From: Methanothermobacter marburgensis str. Marburg
GTDB taxonomy: Archaea > Methanobacteriota > Methanobacteria > Methanobacteriales > Methanothermobacteraceae
Assembly (NCBI RefSeq): GCF_000145295.1
Contig: NC_014408.1
Span: 1,450,793-1,482,792 of the forward strand
Reading direction: 5' to 3'
DNA length: 32,000 nt
Shown here: piece by piece, positions 26,628-32,000 of the stretch
Layout of the letters: every line of letters begins with the position of its first letter
Position numbering within the stretch: position 1 is the stretch's first letter
Position numbers and translations under genes: made by a program
Notes under the pieces: model-generated
Told to the model about the DNA's origin: nothing
The model's database searches: none
The model's input: only the letters and a program-made list of their open reading frames with translations

Positions 26628-27781
26628 CAGTAGAGGCCCCCCTCCAGGTAGTTGTTTATCCTGTCTGTTGTTGCCTGGTAGAATCGTCTCACCGTGGCCT
26701 TACCGTCCCTGTAATCTGCGAGGGTTGCTGAGACACCGAGATGCACGAGGTGCCTTATGAAATCCTCGGCGGTCTCCATGTCATCCACATCAATGACCGT
26801 GTCCTCGTAGGCGGCCTCACCGTCTGCTATGGCCTTTATCCTCTCAAGCATGGGGTATATTATTGCCTCTCCAAGGCGGTGGGCCCTCTCAAGGGTTTCC
26901 TCATCTGACTCATCCAGTTCATAGGCCTGGAACCCCTCCCTTATAACCCTGCTGAAGAAGAATGGCCTCCCGAAGTCAAAGGGGTAGCTGAAGGCATATG
27001 CAAGTTCCCGTGCATGTGCCTGGGATGACGTGTACTTGAGGGGTGGTAAATCCATGGAGGGGTCCTTCATAACAACCCCCTCCCTTCCCTCCTTCCCCAG
27101 GGTTCGTATTATGTCTGCAACTTCCTCTGCAGCATCCTCGACAGGGTAAATTCCAAATAAACATACAGGTGGAAGACCGTAGGATTCAAGAAGGTCCCTC
27201 TTCTCCTTTATTGGGAGGGGTCTGTTGGTGTTCTTCTCCCTGAGGTCAAAGACCCTGAAGCCCAGTGGCCCCACCTCGGGGTAGTCCTGTGAAACATAGG
27301 GGTTGTCCCTTCCAACCATTTCACCGCATACAACAAGGTCCGCATGGTCAGAGAAGAACCCGTCAAGGTCCATGAGTTCCAGTGCCTTCCTGGTTGTGAA
27401 GGGGCATACATGGCCTCCCCGTGTGATTGCAACCGTATCCCCGGACGAAAGGCGTGTTATGCGGACATTGTAGCCGTTCATCTTCTCCTCCACTGCAACG
27501 CTGTCCCTGAAGTGTTCCATCAGGGTGGGGGAGAGCAGAAGTGTCCTCCTGATCTTCGGAAACCCCCGGATAACCTCAACCTCATCTCCAGTGTAGATCA
27601 CCGTGCCTGCCTCAAGGTCCATGAGGGACTTTTTGAAAAGCAGGGCGTTCATACCACCCTCTTCAGTGACCCTGATGGCGCCCCTGTCAAGCCCATCTTT
27701 CAGCCTTGCAGAGGGAATCCCTGTTTTCTCTGTGATCTCATGGAAAGGAATGTCTGTATTCATCAGATTCACGCTGATCAT
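26627..27781 (-). CDS. rnl: ATP-dependent RNA ligase, archaeal Rnl3 (MthRnl/Pab1020) type
   Basis: Nucleotidyltransferase motif I is present with the Lys in EEKMNGYNVRI, and the overall length fits. If translation starts at GTG 27772, the product is 381 aa and the motif I Lys is residue 97. From memory, that agrees with the published M. thermautotrophicus enzyme. Confidence 0.88.
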   Translation of the reverse strand: MISVNLMNTDIPFHEITEKTGIPSARLKDGLDRGAIRVTEEGGMNALLFKKSLMDLEAGTVIYTGDEVEVIRGFPKIRRTLLLSPTLMEHFRDSVAVEEKMNGYNVRITRLSSGDTVAITRGGHVCPFTTRKALELMDLDGFFSDHADLVVCGEMVGRDNPYVSQDYPEVGPLGFRVFDLREKNTNRPLPIKEKRDLLESYGLPPVCLFGIYPVEDAAEEVADIIRTLGKEGREGVVMKDPSMDLPPLKYTSSQAHARELAYAFSYPFDFGRPFFFSRVIREGFQAYELDESDEETLERAHRLGEAIIYPMLERIKAIADGEAAYEDTVIDVDDMETAEDFIRHLVHLGVSATLADYRDGKATVRRFYQATTDRINNYLEGGLY

Positions 27782-27822
27782 TCAGTAAGCATGTGTCTTG
27801 AGTTTATTCAAAAAATAAAGGA

Positions 27823-28650
27823 TTAGAAGACACCCTCTATCTCAACTATGAGGTCAAGGATGTCCGTCTTTGTAACTATACCCTCAAGTTCGCCGTCCAC
27901 CACTGGGAAGCCGCCGTAACCTGTCTCCATCATCATTGATGCAAGATCCGTTACCGGCGTGTCTGCCTCAACGGTCCTGACGTTCTGTTTCATTATATCC
28001 TCAACTAGAAGGTTTCTTATCCTTGATGGTTTGTGCTTATCCGGGACCACCTTCCTGAAGTTTATAACTGCACGTGTCATGTCCTTTGCGGTGAGGATAC
28101 CGGCGAGTTCCCCTCCATCCATTACCAGTAGCCGTCCTATGCCCGCATCAATCATCATCCTCCTTGCATGGACAACCCTCTCCTGGGGGGATACTGTTAT
28201 CATCTCTGTGCTCATCACATCGCCTGCAGTGTACTTCTCATAGGCCCTTCCCCTGCATATATCAAGGATGTCTGATTTGGTCACGATTCCTAGTATCTCG
28301 CCATCAAGGATAACAGGCAGGCTCCCTATGTTGTTCTCGAGCATGAGACTTGCTGCGTTTCCTGCGTCCATGTCTGGATCCGCGGTTATGAGTTCCCCTG
28401 TCATGACCGTTGAGACGTGGAAGTGGGATGGGGCCATATTTCCGTACCTTGATGATCCCAGTTTTATGGCTATATCCTTCTCGGTGACTATCCCCACAAG
28501 TTCCCTCTCATGTTCGCTGTTTGTGTTGATGACAAGGAGCCTTGACACGTTTTTCTTGCCCATCAATCGAAGGGCGTCGCAGACGTTCTGGTCCTTATCG
28601 ATGCAGACAGGATCCTCTGACATGATATTTTTAATTATCATACTCTCCAC
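27823..28650 (-). CDS. CBS-domain protein (four CBS motifs, two Bateman modules)
   Basis: 275 aa made of repeated CBS motifs, for example GIVTEKDI, GIVTKSDILD, GILTAKDM and GIVTKTDILD. No catalytic domain is present. Confidence 0.9.
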   Translation of the reverse strand: MESMIIKNIMSEDPVCIDKDQNVCDALRLMGKKNVSRLLVINTNSEHERELVGIVTEKDIAIKLGSSRYGNMAPSHFHVSTVMTGELITADPDMDAGNAASLMLENNIGSLPVILDGEILGIVTKSDILDICRGRAYEKYTAGDVMSTEMITVSPQERVVHARRMMIDAGIGRLLVMDGGELAGILTAKDMTRAVINFRKVVPDKHKPSRIRNLLVEDIMKQNVRTVEADTPVTDLASMMMETGYGGFPVVDGELEGIVTKTDILDLIVEIEGVF

Positions 28651-29487
28651 CTACTGTATCCCGCTTATTATATCTGTTTTTGTTATTATTCCCACCAGTT
28701 CATCATCCTCAACAACTGGCAGTCCGCTTATGCCGTTATCAAGCATCACTGAAGCCGCCTCTGACGCATCGGCTGAGGGTTCGACTGTTATGACGTCCTC
28801 GGTCATTATATCGCCTGCAGTTAACATTGCGATTGTCCTGGCCCTCCTCTTCTCCTCGGATGCGCGGCTTATGAAGTAGACCCTTTCAACAGGTATGCCC
28901 CTCTCAGGGTCCTCAAATGTTGCAAATGAGAGGTTCTCAGAGGTTATTATTCCCTCAACAGCCCCGTTCCCGGTTACAACAACTCTTGATATGCCGTTCT
29001 CCTCCATGACATCTATAACATGGGCCAGTGTATGGTTGGCTGTCACAGTTTTAACATCCCGGGTCATTAAATCCTCAACCTTCCATCTGCCGGCGCATCT
29101 GTCCTTGAAGAATCTGAGAAGGTCCCTCTTGGTTATGATGCCTGCAAGTTCCTCCCCCTCCATCACAAGGAGTGAGCCTATTTTCTTCTTGAGCATCAGG
29201 TCGGCGGCTTCCCTTGGAGTGGCGTTGATATCCACGCTGATGGGGTTCTCGTTCATGACCCTTCTTATTGATATCTTATCTATGGGTCTCCTCTTCCATG
29301 CTGGTCCATCAATTCTCAGCTTCCTTGTTATGTCTGTCTCTGTGACGATACCTGCTGGTTTCCCCTCGGAGTCCACGACGACTACCCTGCTTATCCCATG
29401 CCTTAACATGAGGTTCCTGGCGTATGCAACCTGCTGTGTGTCTTCCATGACAAAGACTTCATCTGTCATTATACTTCCAACGTTCAT
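28651..29487 (-). CDS. CBS-domain protein (four CBS motifs)
   Basis: 278 aa with four CBS motifs. Its stop abuts the start of the downstream CBS gene with 0 nt spacing. Confidence 0.9.
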   Translation of the reverse strand: MNVGSIMTDEVFVMEDTQQVAYARNLMLRHGISRVVVVDSEGKPAGIVTETDITRKLRIDGPAWKRRPIDKISIRRVMNENPISVDINATPREAADLMLKKKIGSLLVMEGEELAGIITKRDLLRFFKDRCAGRWKVEDLMTRDVKTVTANHTLAHVIDVMEENGISRVVVTGNGAVEGIITSENLSFATFEDPERGIPVERVYFISRASEEKRRARTIAMLTAGDIMTEDVITVEPSADASEAASVMLDNGISGLPVVEDDELVGIITKTDIISGIQ

Positions 29488-29495
29488 GGGACCAC

Positions 29496-30437
29496 CTAAC
29501 CTGTTATTGCCCTCAGAAGGTCGCTCTCTGTTATGATTCCCCTGAGGTTTCCATAGTCCACCACCGGCAGACCGCCAATTCCATGTTTCTCCATGATCTC
29601 ACAGACCTCTCCAAGGGTGGTTGATGATGTGACGGTGCAGACCTCCCTTTCCATGATTTCGGTGACAGGTGTGGCGAGAACCTCCTCGGCACTGTTGGTC
29701 TTCATTGAGTTGAATGCCTGGTTCCTTCCAAGGAACTCGAGTATATCGGTGGAGGTAACAATTCCAACAAGTTTTTCATCCTCTGGGTGGGGTGTTCTTC
29801 GCTCCTCACCAACAACAGGTATCCTCCTGAGCCTGTTTCTTACCATTATCTTGGAGGCCCCTTCTATCGGTGTTCCAGGTGTTGTTGTTATAACATCGGG
29901 TGTCATGTGATCCTCAGTGACCTCATCGATGAATACACCTGCCATGAGGAGCACGAAGTCCCTCTCGGATACTATACCTGCTATTCTCCCCTCATCATCC
30001 ACAACCGGCAGGGCGCCGACACTGTTTTCCAGCATCATGGTAACCGCATCTGATATGGAGTCCCTGGTGGTTATGTGGATGACATCACGTGTCATTATAC
30101 TCTTAACCGGTTCGTTGACTGCTGCGAGGAAGTTATCATCGTATTTGTTATCCAGGATCTTGAATTTATCTCCCCCTCCTAAAAAGTCCAGGATGTCCAT
30201 GGTCGTTACTATTCCCTGGAGCTTCCCTGTTCCGGGGTTTGTTATGGGAAGCCTCCTGAATTTGTTCTTAACCATTATCTCCGCTGCTTCCTTGATGGTG
30301 GCTGTCTGTGGTATGGAAATTACTTCCTTCCCGGCGATTGTCATGACATCGCCTTCATGGTCGAAGTTTCTGCTCTCGAATTCAATGGGACCACGGTCCC
30401 TAGACTTTACCAGGTTTATGGTGTCTTTTTTTCTCAT
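29496..30437 (-). CDS. CBS-domain protein (four CBS motifs, with an N-terminal extension and an internal insertion)
   Basis: 313 aa with CBS motifs. It has an extra charged insert, GEERRTPHPEDEKL, in the third motif. SD AGAGGTG lies upstream of ATG 30437. Confidence 0.9.
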   Translation of the reverse strand: MRKKDTINLVKSRDRGPIEFESRNFDHEGDVMTIAGKEVISIPQTATIKEAAEIMVKNKFRRLPITNPGTGKLQGIVTTMDILDFLGGGDKFKILDNKYDDNFLAAVNEPVKSIMTRDVIHITTRDSISDAVTMMLENSVGALPVVDDEGRIAGIVSERDFVLLMAGVFIDEVTEDHMTPDVITTTPGTPIEGASKIMVRNRLRRIPVVGEERRTPHPEDEKLVGIVTSTDILEFLGRNQAFNSMKTNSAEEVLATPVTEIMEREVCTVTSSTTLGEVCEIMEKHGIGGLPVVDYGNLRGIITESDLLRAITG

Positions 30438-30458
30438 TTACACACCTCTCTGGGAGAT

Positions 30459-30479
30459 ATACTTACATGAAGTAAGTAT
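30459..30479. promoter_or_regulatory. 8-bp-arm palindrome between an AT-rich promoter-like region and the CBS gene start
   Basis: ATACTTAC-ATGAA-GTAAGTAT at 30459-30479 lies between TATA-like sequence (~30495-30520, minus sense) and the SD/ATG of the gene starting at 30437. Its function is unknown. Confidence 0.25.
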
Positions 30480-30558
30480 CGTTATTACCCAAACTAATAT
30501 TTTTAATAAAAATTAATTTCTCGTTGATGGGACTTTCAGGTTTCATCAAGCCACCATT

Positions 30559-31377
30559 TCACTTGATATATGCTTCCAGGACGTCCTCCCTGGACACTAT
30601 ACCCAGAAGATCTGCCTCCTTCACCATGCTGGGGTCCCTCTTCACAAATACCGGGTTTTCAACCACGGGGATCCTTCCAATATCCTTCTCCAGCATGAGA
30701 GAGGCAGCCTTTTCAGAAGGAGTATCCGGTGTTATGGCAACGGGGGGTGTTTTCATTATCTTCTCAACCGCCACGGATTTCACTTCACCTGATTCCCTGT
30801 GTATCCTTGCATGGCCGTACCTCAGAAGGTCCTTCCTGGTTATGATACCTATCATTTTACCATTCTTCATCACAGGAAGACCTGAAAACCCTGATTCATC
30901 CATAAGATCCCATACAGCTGAAAGCTGGTCGCTGTGTTCACATGTAACAGGGTCTGGGGACATTATCTCACTTACAGGGCTTCTGACCGGCTCATAGCCA
31001 TTTTCAAGGAAGCCAGATATAAGGTCTATGGCGCTCAGTATCCCCACAAGCTTCATGCTGTCGGTTGACTCAACAACAGGGGCCTGTATCTCACCGACCT
31101 TTAAAAGGTCAGATGCTGCCCTCATCGCATCCATCTCAGGGGTCAGGATAACCTTTGGTTTCTCCATTATGCCCCTTGCCTCAAGATTTGACTTGGTTGC
31201 TGTGATGTTGAGCACATCACCCCTTGTTATAAGACCCCTCAGTTTCTCTCCCTCAACCACAGGGACGCATCTGAAATCCTCATCCCTTAGAATGGATCTT
31301 ACTCTCGTGGCGGCAGTTTCAAGTGAGACTGAGACGGGATTTAAAGTCATTACGTCTCTTACAAACAAATCATTCAC
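30559..31377 (-). CDS. CBS-domain protein (four CBS motifs)
   Basis: 272 aa with CBS motifs throughout. Its start overlaps the upstream CBS/zinc-ribbon gene by 8 nt. Confidence 0.9.
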   Translation of the reverse strand: MNDLFVRDVMTLNPVSVSLETAATRVRSILRDEDFRCVPVVEGEKLRGLITRGDVLNITATKSNLEARGIMEKPKVILTPEMDAMRAASDLLKVGEIQAPVVESTDSMKLVGILSAIDLISGFLENGYEPVRSPVSEIMSPDPVTCEHSDQLSAVWDLMDESGFSGLPVMKNGKMIGIITRKDLLRYGHARIHRESGEVKSVAVEKIMKTPPVAITPDTPSEKAASLMLEKDIGRIPVVENPVFVKRDPSMVKEADLLGIVSREDVLEAYIK

Positions 31378-31933
31378 CCTCTAGGTCCTCTTTACACTCC
31401 TCACATATGTATCTACCATCATACTCCTCAAGGTACTCCTCATAGTTACCGCAGACCTCGCACACGCCGGGGACAGACCTCTCATTCTCAGGTGACAGTG
31501 CCCTGTTCTCCTCAATCCTTGCATTCTCAACAAGGATCTCGGTGAGTTCAGGGGCGACCATCATGACATCAGAGGATGTCAGTATCCCCACCAGTGCACC
31601 GTCCTTAACCACAGGGAGTCTCCTTATACTGTTCTTTGCCATCAGCCTTGCAGCGTCACTGAGTTCCCTCTCAGGTTCTATGCTTATGAGGTTACGGCTC
31701 ATTACCTCGCCAATTGTAACCTTGCTGGCAGCCAGGTCCTTGGAAACCACCTTCCTTATGATGTCACTCTCTGTGATGAGTCCTTCAGGTTCGGAGTTGC
31801 TCTTCACAATGATGCTTCCGACCTTCTTTTCTGTCATTATCGATGCTGCTTCTGCAACGCTGATGCCAGGGTCTGCTGTTATAACATTCGATGTCATGGC
31901 ATCATGGACTGTAACCTTTGTTTCCATTTCCAT
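31370..31933 (-). CDS. CBS-pair protein with a C-terminal zinc ribbon
   Basis: 187 aa with two CBS motifs followed by [30 protein letters not shown] lies 7 nt upstream of ATG 31933. Confidence 0.9.
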   Translation of the reverse strand: MEMETKVTVHDAMTSNVITADPGISVAEAASIMTEKKVGSIIVKSNSEPEGLITESDIIRKVVSKDLAASKVTIGEVMSRNLISIEPERELSDAARLMAKNSIRRLPVVKDGALVGILTSSDVMMVAPELTEILVENARIEENRALSPENERSVPGVCEVCGNYEEYLEEYDGRYICEECKEDLEGE

Positions 31934-31944
31934 CTGACAACCTC

Positions 31945-32000
31945 CTACCTAAGGCCAAGGGCCCTATGCATCTGTGGTATAACGTAAACATCCATATACT
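31945..32000 (-). CDS. 3' end of an unidentified upstream gene that runs off the window end
   Basis: My own minus-strand translation gives ...[17 protein letters not shown], with the stop at 31947-31945. Only 18 codons are visible, so no family can be assigned. Confidence 0.3.
   Translation of the reverse strand, partial: YMDVYVIPQMHRALGLR

Overview
This window looks like a euryarchaeal chromosome, most likely Methanothermobacter. That call rests on gene content: a split family-B DNA polymerase, an Rnl3-type RNA ligase followed by tandem CBS-domain genes, the comCDE coenzyme M genes, and nop5-fibrillarin. The flanks (1-9918 and 17865-32000) are tightly packed housekeeping genes of balanced GC. 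They are a Trm5/Taw2-family transferase, purP, psmB, aCPSF1, purM, comC/D/E, the large polB subunit, an AI-2E permease, pyrK/pyrD, nop5/flpA, coaBC, a zinc-ribbon/KH protein, two exported or membrane proteins, pheA, the RNA ligase and five CBS-domain genes. Between polB and the permease gene lies an AT-rich accessory island of about 8 kb (9919-17864), with every gene on the + strand. It begins with an 839-aa secreted protein carrying a signal peptide, pseudomurein-binding-repeat-like motifs, a PKD domain and a sequon-rich unknown core. The last ~214 aa of this protein start at a conserved junction (IDHKTG...MGAYCYYHQQTE). Downstream of it I see two small multi-TM genes and a promoterless alternative C-terminal module preceded by a copy of the same junction. 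A TPR gene follows, then a 5'-truncated paralogue of that module with a second TPR gene. The array ends in a frameshifted ~530-bp copy of the resident 3' end. This layout resembles the orphan C-terminal cassette arrays of bacterial polymorphic toxin/immunity loci (CDI, Rhs), or alternatively a silent-cassette surface-variation system. That interpretation is inference from sequence architecture only. Smaller observations include a perfect 182-bp intragenic TPR duplication, a candidate promoter-hairpin-oligoT small RNA between flpA and coaBC, and several palindromes in promoter regions.
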